Source of the DNA: an uncultured Nitrososphaerales archaeon
GTDB lineage: Archaea; Thermoproteota; Nitrososphaeria; Nitrososphaerales; Gagatemarchaeaceae
Direction: 5' to 3'
DNA length: 64,000 nt
Assembly (NCBI GenBank): GCA_963706445.1
Contig: OY970160.1
Location: forward strand, 384,001 to 448,000
Made by a program: the position numbers and the translations under genes. The notes beneath the pieces are model-generated. The model searched no databases, was not told where the DNA came from, and worked only from the letters and a program-made list of their open reading frames with translations. Every line of letters starts with the position of its first letter. Within the stretch, counting starts at the first letter, position 1. Positions 38,561 to 49,342 of this stretch are shown here, in pieces.

Positions 38561-38716
38561 GGCTTCGTGGGGAAGGACCCCACCGCCATGGTGGAGAGAT
38601 TCGCGAAGTCGAAGGGAGCATTCGACAAATGGTTCATCGAACAGATAGCGGTCGTCCATGGCATCAACCCTGATAAGATGCCGCCCGCTAACGAGTCCTA
38701 CCTGGACCTTCTGTAA
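38561..38716 (+). pseudogene. Orphan 3' fragment of a small gene
   Basis: Host-codon frame GKDPTAMVERFAKSKGAFDKWFIEQIAVVHGINPDKMPPANESYLDLL* with no evident 5' part. Confidence 0.4.
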
Positions 38717-38799
38717 ACCAGAATCAGAACGGCCATCGTAGTCGTCGGAAAGGCGGCTGAACCTCGCCGCCTCGCACCTCCGGGGCTCACCTCCGGGCG

Positions 38800-39780
38800 C
38801 TTCTCGGCAAGCACAACCAGGCAGGCTATGCCTGCGCGCCAACCTGCTCTTCTAAGGTGTACACTGGCACCTTCGGCAATGGCGCCAATTCCAGTGCAAT
38901 CCTCACCAACGCGAAGGGAGAGGCAAATGTCACCCTCACGGTTGACACGATTGCCACCACCTTCGCCACGGTCGGCATAAGCTACCCTGGACAATATCCA
39001 CAGTCAACCTTCACCGGAACGTTCATCACGACCGGTGTAATCACCACTGTCCCAGGACTTGCGACGAACCTACAGTTCATCGCGTCCTACGACAACCACT
39101 GCACAGTAGCCAACCCGTGCAACTTCAAGGCTCTCATCCTTCCTCCGGCCGGGACCGGTGATGTCGTCAACGGCAGCACCGTATACCTGGACATCGTAGC
39201 GAAGGACAACTACGACAACACCGCAGTGATCTCGATCAACTCCAAACACCCGGGTGACGGTGACCCCGTCGACCGGGCTGTCGGCGAGCACACTGTTCAT
39301 CACAGCGAACTGCGTCGCAGTATCGTGCATCGGCTTCGGGCCAATCGCTTGGATGCTTCCAGCGTCCCTTGGCTCATTGTCGCTGACCGCGTCTGCTAGC
39401 GGGCTCACATCGGCTACCCTGTCACTCACCGCAGTCACGAAGACTCCGTCAATCACTGTAACTCAACCAGCCCCAGTGGGCGGAGTGATATACAGCAAGT
39501 TCACAGCGGTGACATTGAGCGGAACGGCGAGCGCATCACTTGGGTACGCCAAGACGGGTCCGGCAGTTGTGAACATAGTCAAAGTTGGCTATAACCTCAA
39601 CGGCGGGACCTGGCAATACATTACCATAGGCGCTCCAGCCTGGAGCGTGACGTGGAGCTTCGCTGTCGCTCTCCATAGCGGACTGAACACAATTCAGTTA
39701 AGCGCGACAGACAGCAAGGGCAACGTAGCAACCACAGCGGTAATGCAGTTCTCGTGGACTCTGCGGCGCCTAAGACCGGC
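38800..39780 (+). pseudogene. Internal fragment of a large Ig-like-repeat surface protein, frameshifted
   Basis: TNAKGEANVTL, DNYDN, VTLSGTAS, LHSGLNTIQLSATDSKGN; no signal peptide; frameshifts near 39250 and 39750. Confidence 0.65.
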
Positions 39781-40055
39781 TTCACCACCGCCAACAACGC
39801 GGGTCCAGCACCCAGACGTACGTGCTGGTCGTCGCAGTTCTGGCAGCAATAACCTTAGTTCTCGAGCTAGCAATACTAGTAAGAAAGCTATCCTAAACAG
39901 ATAGCTTTCCTTCCCTTTATTTTTGATTCGAAACCAGACCTTACTCCGCACATTGAATTCTCGATTGGTCCGTAGTTACTACTCGGATGAGAGTTGGCTT
40001 AGGGAATGTATTTATCACGTGAAATAGGATTGGGCAGATCATCCGGTGAGATTGC

Positions 40056-40748
40056 ATGAGAGCGATAATATTGGCGGGGGGCATGGGAATGCGCCTCCGT
40101 CCGCTGACCGATGACAGGCCGAAGGCTCTCGTAGAGGTAAACGGCAAGCCCATGGCGGAATACCAGATAGAATGGCTCGTCAAAGGAGGGGTCGACACCG
40201 TCACATTCGCCTGCGGGTACAAATGGGAAAGGCTCAAGGCGCATTTCGGGGCCGCGTTCCAGGGTGTGCCCATTGACTATTCAGTAGAGGAAAGCCCTCT
40301 GGGTACTGGCGGGGGGGTAAAGAAGGCCCTCGCAAGCCGCCAGGCCGAGGACGTCTGCGTGGTGACAAACGGCGACATTCTGACGGACCTTCCGCTCGCC
40401 AGGATGATCGAAGATCACAGGAAAGCAGGGGAAATATCGGCGTCGATGTTGGTGGTACCTTACAGGTCTAGGTTCGGCGTCGTAAAAATAGACAAGCTGA
40501 AAATGGTGCGCGGTTTTGATGAGAAGCCAGCGTTTCCAGACGTATGGATAAATGGGGGGGTATACGTCCTGAATGCGAAGAGGGCTTTGAAGTACCTCCC
40601 TGACCGGGGTGACATCGAGAGGGAGACGTTCCCTAACCTCGTGACCAGAGGGGAGTTGCTGTCGTACCCGCATTACGGGGAATGGACATTCGTCGACTCG
40701 ATCAAGGATCTCATGGAACTCGAACAGACGATGAACGCCGCCCGCTAA
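40056..40748 (+). CDS. Sugar-phosphate nucleotidyltransferase
   Basis: ILAGGMGMRLRPLT..PK, PLGTGG, NGDI, EKP. Confidence 0.92.
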   Translation: MRAIILAGGMGMRLRPLTDDRPKALVEVNGKPMAEYQIEWLVKGGVDTVTFACGYKWERLKAHFGAAFQGVPIDYSVEESPLGTGGGVKKALASRQAEDVCVVTNGDILTDLPLARMIEDHRKAGEISASMLVVPYRSRFGVVKIDKLKMVRGFDEKPAFPDVWINGGVYVLNAKRALKYLPDRGDIERETFPNLVTRGELLSYPHYGEWTFVDSIKDLMELEQTMNAAR

Positions 40749-40785
40749 AGAAAGATTTTAGTCATCCGCCCTAGCTGGCGGCTCC

Positions 40786-41109
40786 ATGGCCGACTTCGTG
40801 AAATCAGTCGAAGCCTCGAAAGTCCCGCCCGATTCGATGCTCACCGTCGAGGTGGGAGGAGAATCAATCCTGTTGGCGAACGTCGACGGAAAGCTCTACG
40901 GGATGGGCGCCATATGCACCCACGCAGGGTGGGATCTCTCAGTGGGGACACTCGAGGACACCGCAGTCACCTGCGCCGGTCACGGCACAGTGTGGGACCT
41001 GAAGACGGGCAAGGGGGTCTTCGACGAGCCGCTCGCCGATGAGCCACTGTACGAAGTCAAGGAGGAAGGCGGTTATCTTTACGTCCGCAAGAAAGAGTCT
41101 CATCACTAG
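40786..41109 (+). CDS. Rieske-type ferredoxin
   Basis: CTH...CAGH ligands. Confidence 0.9.
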   Translation: MADFVKSVEASKVPPDSMLTVEVGGESILLANVDGKLYGMGAICTHAGWDLSVGTLEDTAVTCAGHGTVWDLKTGKGVFDEPLADEPLYEVKEEGGYLYVRKKESHH

Positions 41110-41143
41110 AATGTTATTATAGAATTATCAAAGGGCCAGCCCA

Positions 41144-43921
41144 TTGAAGGCAGAGGGCTCCAAGCCTAGCCATAGGACGCCTTTCGACAGGCTCGCCCTC
41201 TTCGTCTACAGGAGGCGGCGGTACGTCCTCGTCGCCTGGATCCTCGCCCTCGTCCTGTTGATTCCACTACTCTCTTCAGTTGGGAATTACGAATCATTGC
41301 AGCAAGGCTCTACCGTGGGCGTCAACCTCGAATCGGCGGCGGCAGACAATCTGGTCTCAACACAGTTCCAGAGGAGCGCGGCCAATACAACGCTGATAGT
41401 TGTCATCACCGGCAATAACGTCTCCTCGCTCGCGACCCAGTCCTTCATAAGACAGATTGAAACCAACATACGTTCGGACAAGAGCGTCGTCGGAGTCGTA
41501 AACGAGGTCGACGTCTTCTCCAAGCTCTACGCGGCGATCGGGGGAGTAAACGCAGGGAGCCTTTCCGCCCAGAGCGCCGCAACTTCCTTCAGCGGTCCGT
41601 TCCTTCAAGTATGGAACCAGACCTACACCGCCACCGGGAACGTCACGAAGGCCGATGAGAATGCGTTCAGTTCAATCCACGGGAGCCTGACCTCCTCCGC
41701 GGCCAGGGAGATCCTCGCATTGTTCTACGGAAGCTGGGTCGCATGCCCGCTGCCCTCGGGGGCCGTCTCGTGCGCGGCGAGTTCCGTAAACCAGGCTGCC
41801 GTCGGTTACGTTTCCGAGTCCACTGGGTATTCCCGGCAGTTCGTAGGTGCTGCTTTCAATTTGGGGAAGGGCTACGGCAATGCCTCCCTCCAGGCCTTGG
41901 CCGGGGACATAGTCTGGGCACCTTCGGCATATCACCTCAACCCGGGGCTCTCCAGCCTAGTCTCTGGCTTCGTCTCCCCAGGGAAGGATACCACCTTGGT
42001 CACTGTCGGACTGAACCACTCGGCCGACTCGAACATCGTGGCGATACGCTCTTCGGTAAAAAGCACCTTCACTTCGGTCTCCACTTCGTCAGGGCTGCTT
42101 TCAGCTCAGGTCACCGGCGGGGACGCAATTTCCTATGACTTCAGCCAATCAACGACTTCCGACCTAAGCCTAATCCTCCCTGTCACCATCGGCCTCCTGA
42201 TAGTGGCGACGGGGCTCTTCTTCCGCTCCGTCCTCACCCCCTTCATCACCCTCGGGACCATTGGCCTGGCCCTGGGGATATCCCAGGTCTTCATCATCAT
42301 TGTCGGAATCCTGGTCGCGAAGGCTGACTTCACCGTCCCGACGATCCTTCTGACGGTCTTGATCGGGGTAGGGACGGACTACAGCGTCTTTGTCATAGCC
42401 AGGTATAGGGAGGAGAGGGTCAAGGGGCAATCCGTCCAGGGGGCGGTCGAGACTTCGGTCACATGGGCCGGAGAGAGCATCGCCACAAGCGGCACCACCG
42501 TGATCATTTCCTTCCTCTCACTGGCGGCGACCACCATAGTCTTCACACGCACCATGGGGATCGTGGTGGGCCTCGGCGTCTTGGTAGCCCTGGCAGCCGC
42601 GCTTACGTTGGTACCGGCAGCAATAGGGATGGTCGGCGGGAGAGCCTTCTGGCCAAACTCCGGCGCCAGGTTCACCAGCTACTCTGAAAGGGTCCTCAAG
42701 AAGCTGGCAGCAAAGACAGGGTACTTCTCGAGGGCGGGGTCCTTCGCCGTCAAGAGAGCCAAGGTACTCATCATCATAGCTGTCCTTGTGTCAATCCCTG
42801 CGATCTACGTCTACACCACGACCACTCCGACCTTCGACTTCATCTCCGCCGCGCCAGCGAACCTCGAGTCAATCTCCGCATCCAACCAGCTGACCCAGTC
42901 CTTTGGGGCCGGGGCGCTCTCCCCGTCTTACGTGGTCGTCACGTTCAGCCAGCCCCTCATCTCATCACACACTTTCAACCCCCAGGAGATGGCTACGCTC
43001 GAATCCATGTCCGCCTACCTTGCTGCCGCGCCCAATGTCGCCAATGTGACTGGGCCGACCCGGCCCTACGACGCCCCGTTGGCCTACAACAGCCTGAACC
43101 TTGCCAACGCCACAGATTCGAGGGCTTTCACAAGCATCCTGGACACCATCGGCAAGGACAACAAGACGGCTCTTCTAACCATCGACTTCAGCCGCGGATT
43201 CGACCCCTTCTCTAGCCAGGCGATATCGGACGCTCAGAACATCAGGACCTACCTGCATGCCAACTTCGACACGGCACCGGAGGTCACTGGGATCTTTGTC
43301 GGAGGAGCCGCAGGAGACACCCTCGACACCAGGAACGTCTTCGACTCGAACTTCAATCTAATCGTACCAATAGTCGCAGTTGGGGTCTCACTGGTGCTGC
43401 TGGTCGTCCTCGGTTCGCTCTTCCTCCCCATCTTCGCAGTCCTCTCGGTACTGATGAGCATCGTCTGGACCCTGGCGGCTACGAAGCTTGTATTCCAACA
43501 GTTCTTCAACTTCCAGATACTGTACATCACCCCATTCTTCCTGTTCGTGACCCTCCTCGGGCTCGGAATGGACTACAACGTGTTCATCCTGACGCGCATA
43601 AGAGAGGAGGCACACAAGAGCACCAACCTCAACAACGCCATCGTTGGGGCCATCGAGCAGACCGGAGGGATAATCACGGCCGCGGCCATAATCCTCGCAG
43701 GGTCCCTGGGGTCACTGATGATTTCGAGCGACCTCTTCCTGAGGCAGTTGGGCTTCGCATTCGCTTATTCGATACTAATCGACGCACTCGTAGTCAGGAC
43801 CTTCCTCGTCCCAGCCGTGATGTCAGTGATGGGGAAGTGGAACTGGTACAGCCCGATACCTTTCTTCAATCGCTCGAAGAAGCTCTTCGAAGAATACGCC
43901 GCGGCTAAGTCTCACGTTTAA
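41144..43921 (+). CDS. MMPL (RND-family) transporter
   Basis: GVGTDYSVF...RYREE and GLGMDYNVF...RIREE; 12 TM; WNW. Confidence 0.93.
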   Translation: MKAEGSKPSHRTPFDRLALFVYRRRRYVLVAWILALVLLIPLLSSVGNYESLQQGSTVGVNLESAAADNLVSTQFQRSAANTTLIVVITGNNVSSLATQSFIRQIETNIRSDKSVVGVVNEVDVFSKLYAAIGGVNAGSLSAQSAATSFSGPFLQVWNQTYTATGNVTKADENAFSSIHGSLTSSAAREILALFYGSWVACPLPSGAVSCAASSVNQAAVGYVSESTGYSRQFVGAAFNLGKGYGNASLQALAGDIVWAPSAYHLNPGLSSLVSGFVSPGKDTTLVTVGLNHSADSNIVAIRSSVKSTFTSVSTSSGLLSAQVTGGDAISYDFSQSTTSDLSLILPVTIGLLIVATGLFFRSVLTPFITLGTIGLALGISQVFIIIVGILVAKADFTVPTILLTVLIGVGTDYSVFVIARYREERVKGQSVQGAVETSVTWAGESIATSGTTVIISFLSLAATTIVFTRTMGIVVGLGVLVALAAALTLVPAAIGMVGGRAFWPNSGARFTSYSERVLKKLAAKTGYFSRAGSFAVKRAKVLIIIAVLVSIPAIYVYTTTTPTFDFISAAPANLESISASNQLTQSFGAGALSPSYVVVTFSQPLISSHTFNPQEMATLESMSAYLAAAPNVANVTGPTRPYDAPLAYNSLNLANATDSRAFTSILDTIGKDNKTALLTIDFSRGFDPFSSQAISDAQNIRTYLHANFDTAPEVTGIFVGGAAGDTLDTRNVFDSNFNLIVPIVAVGVSLVLLVVLGSLFLPIFAVLSVLMSIVWTLAATKLVFQQFFNFQILYITPFFLFVTLLGLGMDYNVFILTRIREEAHKSTNLNNAIVGAIEQTGGIITAAAIILAGSLGSLMISSDLFLRQLGFAFAYSILIDALVVRTFLVPAVMSVMGKWNWYSPIPFFNRSKKLFEEYAAAKSHV

Positions 43922-43945
43922 AATCCACCGCGGCCCGTCAGCATC

Positions 43946-44461
43946 GTGCCCGGGCCAACAGAAGGGGACATCAGCGACGAGATTCTAGAAGAGGGGTGCT
44001 ACCACCTGTCGCAGATGGGCCTTTCGAACAAACAGCTATCCATTCACTTTGAGATTACCGAGGCGAAAGTATCGGCCCTGATCAAATCCTACGTGTCGAA
44101 CCTGAAGTCGGGGAAAGTCGTCCCAGGGGACATCGACAGGGTCTTTTGGGAAGACGTGAAGAAAGAGGCGGAAGGGGACGTGAAGCTTACCTTCCTCTCA
44201 CAGAAGGGTTTCCATCACGCGTGGAAGTCAGAGCTGCAGAGGCTCGACGGTCCCGCGCTCATGTCGATCTACGAATCGAGCAAGGACTTCCTAAGCGCAG
44301 ACCCGAATCAGAAGTTCCTCAACTGCCCGCCACCGAAGGGGTACGACCCGCTCGCCATGGACAGGGAAATGAAGAAGGCAGTGGGAGTCATCGGCGAGCT
44401 GCTGGGAGACAAGTGGAACGCGGAGCAGGGCTCGAAAAAGAAAAAGCCCGTCAAACCTTAA
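43946..44461 (+). CDS. Hypothetical protein, N-terminal HTH-like
   Basis: GLSNKQLSIHFEIT; host-like codons. Confidence 0.7.
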   Translation: MPGPTEGDISDEILEEGCYHLSQMGLSNKQLSIHFEITEAKVSALIKSYVSNLKSGKVVPGDIDRVFWEDVKKEAEGDVKLTFLSQKGFHHAWKSELQRLDGPALMSIYESSKDFLSADPNQKFLNCPPPKGYDPLAMDREMKKAVGVIGELLGDKWNAEQGSKKKKPVKP

Positions 44462-44494
44462 AATCCCCGAAAACCTAGAGAATAGCGAAAAAGG

Positions 44495-45535
44495 ATGCCG
44501 TTGGACTCGGTCGACCGGGAAAAACTGACCGGGGTCCTTCGCCAATTCCAGGGCCGTAAGATTCTAGTCATCGGAGACCTCCTCGTAACCAGATACATCG
44601 AAGTCGCGGCACGGAAGCTCGCGCGTGAAGCGCCTGTCCCCGCCGGGGACTTCGTCGGGCAGACGCTTCTCCCAGGAGGGGCGGCGAACCTCGCGAGGGA
44701 GCTGTCCTCGCTGGGCGCCTCGGTAAGACTTGTCGGTCTCCTCGGCTCAGACGAGTACAGCAACTGGTTGCAGTCAGAGTTCTCGAAGTACGGGCTTTCA
44801 GCGGGGGGCGTGGTCACAGACCAGGGAAGGCCGACGTCTCTCAGGACCTGGTATATAGTGAACACATTCCACATGCTGCGCATCGACAAGGAGGACAGGA
44901 GGGATGTGCCCCTCGCCACTGCGAAGAAGCTCCTGGCAGAAGCGGAACCCCAGATCAAGGACGTGGACTGCGTAATCCTTTCAGACTACGACCGCGGAGT
45001 GGTGACGAGCTACCTCATTGGGGGGATAGTCTCGGCGGCACATGCGGCTGGTAAGATTGTGGTGGGGCAGCCGAAGATGCACCACTACCTCGACTTCTCG
45101 GGGGTTACCTACGTCAAATCAAACCTCGAGGAGGCAGAACACGCGACAGGGATGGCCATGGTGAACGAGACCAGCCTCAGGAACATGGGGGTCAACCTCC
45201 TCAGCCGGCTGGAATCTAAGGCGATTCTGATCACCCGAGGGGAACAGGGGGTCACCCTCTTCGACAACGAAAACGTCACGATGTTCCCCCCCATCAGAGG
45301 CAAGAAGAACCTCTTTAGCAAGGTCGGGGTCAGAGATGCCATGACCGGGGTCTTCAGTCTCGCCATTGCATCGGGGGGCAACCCGTACCAGGCGGCCATC
45401 CTGAGCAACGTGGCGGGGGAGGCGAGGAGCGAGCTCCCCAGGATCGCGTCGCTTTCGCTGCATGACATCGAATCCAGGACCGGAGACGCCGAAGAGCTGG
45501 TCCAGAGGGTCGTGCAGGTCCCGGTGAGGAGATAA
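44495..45535 (+). CDS. HldE/RfaE domain-I-like PfkB sugar kinase (degenerate)
   Basis: ILVIGD, REAPVP, GGAAN, LRIDKE, ILSDY, TRGEQG; GAGD replaced by GVRD. Confidence 0.8.
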   Translation: MPLDSVDREKLTGVLRQFQGRKILVIGDLLVTRYIEVAARKLAREAPVPAGDFVGQTLLPGGAANLARELSSLGASVRLVGLLGSDEYSNWLQSEFSKYGLSAGGVVTDQGRPTSLRTWYIVNTFHMLRIDKEDRRDVPLATAKKLLAEAEPQIKDVDCVILSDYDRGVVTSYLIGGIVSAAHAAGKIVVGQPKMHHYLDFSGVTYVKSNLEEAEHATGMAMVNETSLRNMGVNLLSRLESKAILITRGEQGVTLFDNENVTMFPPIRGKKNLFSKVGVRDAMTGVFSLAIASGGNPYQAAILSNVAGEARSELPRIASLSLHDIESRTGDAEELVQRVVQVPVRR

Positions 45536-46353
45536 TGGAGACAGCCCAGGAAGTCGTCCGGCTGAGGGAGATCGCCCGAAACACCCGCAAGCTCATCCTC
45601 GAGAGCCTGGCGGAAGCGGGCTCCGGACACCCTGGAGGATCGCTCTCAGCGGTGGAGCTCCTGGTCACTCTGTACTTCCACGTCATGCGCCACGAACCCA
45701 AGGACCCGAAGTGGCCCGACAGGGACAGGTTCTTCCTAAGCAAGGGGCATGCAGCCCCACTCCTCTACTCGATCCTGGCGCAGGCGGGCTATTTCCCCGT
45801 GGAGGAGCTGATGACCCTCCGGAAGATGGGCTCGCGCCTGCAGGGGCACCCGTCCATGGGCATCCCCGGCATCGAGGCGCCCGCAGGGTCGGAAGGCATC
45901 GGGCTCTCCCTTGGCGTAGGGACCTCGCTTGCCGCAAAGCTCGATGGGAAGTCCTTCAGGACGTACGTGCTGATGGGGGACGGAGAGCAGCAGGAGGGGC
46001 AGATCTGGGAAGCTGCCATGGCCGCGTCCAAGTACCGGCTTGACAACCTGACTGCGATGATAGACAGGAACGGGATCCAACAGGACGGGCTCACTGAACA
46101 GATAATGCCTCTGGAGCCTCTGGCATCGAAGTGGAGGGCGTTCAACTGGAACGTCATAGAGGTAGACGGCTACGACTTCTCTCAGATATTGGACGGCTTC
46201 GACCTGGCGGCCAGCACACGGAACAGGCCTACCGTCATAATCGCCCACACGGTGAAGGGCAAGGGCATCTCGTTCATGGAGTGGTCGCCGCACTATCACG
46301 GGACCGCCCCTGCCAAGGACAACCTTTCGGACGTCCTCAGCGAACTGAAGTGA
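45535..46353 (+). CDS. Transketolase N-terminal subunit
   Basis: SGHPGGSLS, RDRFFLSKGH, GDGEQQEGQIWE. Confidence 0.95.
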   Translation: METAQEVVRLREIARNTRKLILESLAEAGSGHPGGSLSAVELLVTLYFHVMRHEPKDPKWPDRDRFFLSKGHAAPLLYSILAQAGYFPVEELMTLRKMGSRLQGHPSMGIPGIEAPAGSEGIGLSLGVGTSLAAKLDGKSFRTYVLMGDGEQQEGQIWEAAMAASKYRLDNLTAMIDRNGIQQDGLTEQIMPLEPLASKWRAFNWNVIEVDGYDFSQILDGFDLAASTRNRPTVIIAHTVKGKGISFMEWSPHYHGTAPAKDNLSDVLSELK

Positions 46354-46357
46354 TCCC

Positions 46358-47044
46358 TTGAACGACATCAGGATCGCCCCGTCGATACTCGCGTGGGACC
46401 TGGGGGACCTCGAAAAGGCAGTGGAGATCTCGGTCGCAGGGAAGGCGGACCAGGTCCACTTGGACGTGATAGACGGCCACTTCGCTCCCAACATCACCTT
46501 CGGGCCCGGCACCGTGAAGGCTCTGAGGCCGCGGACCGACCTGAAGTTCGACACTCACCTTATGATCGACTCGCCCCAGCTTTACGTGGACAAGTTCCTC
46601 GACGCAGGGTCGGACCTTCTGTCATTTCATGCAGAAGTCCTCGATGCAGTGAAGTTCGACGAGATCTACAGGACCGTCCATTCGAGGGGGAAGGAAGTCG
46701 GTCTTGCCATCAAGCCGAGGACCGAGCTCCCCACCTGGGCCGAGGAGAGACTCGACAGGATCTCCACGATCGTGGTGATGACTGTAAACCCTGGATTCAG
46801 CGGCCAGTCGATGGACATGGCAGTGATGCCGAAGCTGGAGAAGATCTGCAAGATTGTCAAAGACAAAGGAACTGGGACGGACCTCGAGATAGACGGAGGG
46901 GTGGAGCCTGAGAACGTCCAGGAAGTCGTTAAGAGGGGCGGAAACGTCCTGGTGGCAGGTGCGGGAGTGTATGCGAAAAAGGACCCGGTCGCCGCAATCA
47001 AAATCCTCCGAGATAGGGCCGAGGCGGTGAGGAGGTCGGCTTGA
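46358..47044 (+). CDS. rpe: Ribulose-phosphate 3-epimerase
   Basis: IAPSIL, HLDVIDGHFAPNITFG, DTHLM, MTVNPGFSGQ, EIDGGV. Confidence 0.96.
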   Translation: MNDIRIAPSILAWDLGDLEKAVEISVAGKADQVHLDVIDGHFAPNITFGPGTVKALRPRTDLKFDTHLMIDSPQLYVDKFLDAGSDLLSFHAEVLDAVKFDEIYRTVHSRGKEVGLAIKPRTELPTWAEERLDRISTIVVMTVNPGFSGQSMDMAVMPKLEKICKIVKDKGTGTDLEIDGGVEPENVQEVVKRGGNVLVAGAGVYAKKDPVAAIKILRDRAEAVRRSA

Positions 47045-47991
47045 TGCTATCCAAGACGGCCGCCATGAGAGATGCCTACGGGGACGCCCTCCTGGAGCTA
47101 GGGGCCTCGAACCCCGACGTGGTGGTGGTAGGCGCTGACACGACCGGTTCGCTGAAGTCTGGGGTCTTCGCCACAAAGTTCCCTGAGCGTTTCTTCAACG
47201 TAGGCATCGCGGAACAAAACCTGGTCTCCATCGCAGCCGGCCTGGCCCTCGCCGGGAAGGTCGCCTATGCGGGGACCTACGCCATTTTCGTCCCCGGCAA
47301 GTCTGTCGACCAGATCCGAAACAACATATGCTATCCGAACCTTAACGTGAAGTTAGTCTGCTCCCATGGGGGGATCTCCGTAGGACCCGACGGCGCCTCC
47401 CACCAGCAGGTGGAGGACATCGCGATAATGCGTGCCATCCCGAAGATGAAGGTGATTGTCCCTGCCGACGCCGCGTCGACGAAGGGGATAATCAGGGCCA
47501 TCGCATCGATCCCCGGGCCCTTCTACGTGCGCCTGACGAGGTCCTCGACTCCTATCGTCTACGACGGGGGATTCGAGTACAGGCTCGGCTCCGCCAACGT
47601 CCTCCGCGACGGCTCCGACGTGGCCGTCTTTGCCTGCGGAATAATGGTCCCTGAGGCGCTGAAGGCGGCGGAGTCCCTGAAGGCGAAGGGGGTCTCTGCA
47701 GCTGTCGTAGACCTCCACACCATAAAGCCCATCGACGCAGACACCATCGAGAAGTACGCCCGGCAGTGCGGCCGGGTCGTGACCGCCGAGGAGCACAACA
47801 TCATGGGAGGGATGGGCTCTGCCGTTGCCGAGGTCCTCGGCGAGAGACACCCGACAATCATGAAGCGGGTCGGGGTCATGGACACCTTCGGTGAAAGCGG
47901 GGAGGCAGGGGAGCTGTTAAAGAAATACGGCCTGACCGCGGCCAACATAGAGCAGGCGGCTTCGGCCCTCGTCCAGGGAAAACAGCTTTAA
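47041..47991 (+). CDS. Transketolase C-terminal subunit
   Basis: NVGIAEQN, GPDGASHQ, TAEEHNIMGG. Confidence 0.95.
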   Translation: MMLSKTAAMRDAYGDALLELGASNPDVVVVGADTTGSLKSGVFATKFPERFFNVGIAEQNLVSIAAGLALAGKVAYAGTYAIFVPGKSVDQIRNNICYPNLNVKLVCSHGGISVGPDGASHQQVEDIAIMRAIPKMKVIVPADAASTKGIIRAIASIPGPFYVRLTRSSTPIVYDGGFEYRLGSANVLRDGSDVAVFACGIMVPEALKAAESLKAKGVSAAVVDLHTIKPIDADTIEKYARQCGRVVTAEEHNIMGGMGSAVAEVLGERHPTIMKRVGVMDTFGESGEAGELLKKYGLTAANIEQAASALVQGKQL

Positions 47992-48019
47992 TATCAAACC
48001 GAGGCGCTTTGCGAAACCC

Positions 48020-48685
48020 ATGAAGCTCTTCCTCGACACCGCCAACCTGGCCCAGATCAAGAAGCTCAACGCCATGGGGGTCGTCGATGGGATCACGACC
48101 AACCCGACCCTGGTGGCCAAGGAGCCCGGAGAGTTCGAGGAGATAGTCGCGGCCATCTGCAAGGAGGTCAAGGGCGACGTGAGCGCCGAGGTGGTGTCGA
48201 CCAACTACGACGGGATGCTCTCAGAGGCGAAGCACCTTTCCACGATCGCTCCAAACGTAGTCGTGAAGATACCGATGATCCCCGAGGGACTCAGAGCCAC
48301 CAAGGCCGTGAGCGGGATGGGCATAAGGGTCAACATGACCCTCATCTTCTCTGCCAACCAGGGACTCCTGGCGGCCAAGGCGGGGGCGTCTTTCGTCAGC
48401 CCCTTCATCGGGAGGCTGGACGACATCGGCCAACGCGGCATGGAAGTGGTCGAGGACCTGGTCAAGATCAGGGACAACTATAAGCTGAAGACAGAGGTCT
48501 TGGTGGGGAGCATAAGGCACCCCCAGCACGTCCTCGAGGCTGCCAAGATAGGCGCGGACATCGCCACGATGCCTCCTGACGTGATGGAGAAGATGATGCA
48601 GCACCCGCTCACCGACGCCGGGCTGAAGCGCTTCCTGGACGACTGGGAGAAGGCCAAGAAGGCGAAGGCTTCCATGACCGTCTAG
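48020..48685 (+). CDS. tal: Transaldolase (MipB/FSA family)
   Basis: FLDTAN, GITTNP, VVVKIP, SPFIGRLDD, HPLTD. Confidence 0.94.
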   Translation: MKLFLDTANLAQIKKLNAMGVVDGITTNPTLVAKEPGEFEEIVAAICKEVKGDVSAEVVSTNYDGMLSEAKHLSTIAPNVVVKIPMIPEGLRATKAVSGMGIRVNMTLIFSANQGLLAAKAGASFVSPFIGRLDDIGQRGMEVVEDLVKIRDNYKLKTEVLVGSIRHPQHVLEAAKIGADIATMPPDVMEKMMQHPLTDAGLKRFLDDWEKAKKAKASMTV

Positions 48686-48722
48686 AGACACCTTTTTACG
48701 AGGTGGCGCTCAGCCATGTCCA

Positions 48723-49328
48723 ATGGCTAAAACATACACGCTGCCACCATTGCCATATGCATACGAGGCCCTCGAGCCTCACATCTCGAAGCAGATCATG
48801 ACGCTTCACCATGACAAGCACCACAATGCCTACGTCACCGGGGCCAACGCCGCCCTCGACAAACTCGAAAAAGCGAGGAAGGGCGAGCTCCAGATTGACA
48901 TCAAAGCAGTCCTCAGAGACTACAGCTTCAATGTCGACGGGCACATCCTGCACTCGATCTTCTGGCCCAACATGGCCCCAACAGGGAAGGGGGGCGGAAC
49001 TCCTGGAGGCGCCATAGGGGACTGGATCAATAGAGACTTCGGAGGCTTTGACAAGTTCAAGGCTCAGTTCACCGAAGCGGCGAAGACAGTTGAAGGGAGC
49101 GGATGGGCTCTCCTTCTCCACGACCCTGAGACCAAGTCCCTCGTCATGACCCAGGTCGAAAAGCAGAACTTCATGCACTTGGCCCAGATGACGATACTCC
49201 TCGGACTGGACGTGTGGGAGCACGCATACTATCTGCAGTATTGGAACGACAGGGCCAAGTACGTAGAGGCGTGGTGGAACGTAGTCAACTGGTCAGATGT
49301 TGACTCGAGATTGTCGAAGGTCCAATAG
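48723..49328 (+). CDS. sod: Fe/Mn superoxide dismutase
   Basis: HHDKHH, GSGW, DVWEHAYY. Confidence 0.97.
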   Translation: MAKTYTLPPLPYAYEALEPHISKQIMTLHHDKHHNAYVTGANAALDKLEKARKGELQIDIKAVLRDYSFNVDGHILHSIFWPNMAPTGKGGGTPGGAIGDWINRDFGGFDKFKAQFTEAAKTVEGSGWALLLHDPETKSLVMTQVEKQNFMHLAQMTILLGLDVWEHAYYLQYWNDRAKYVEAWWNVVNWSDVDSRLSKVQ

Positions 49329-49342
49329 AGACCTTCGCGCCC

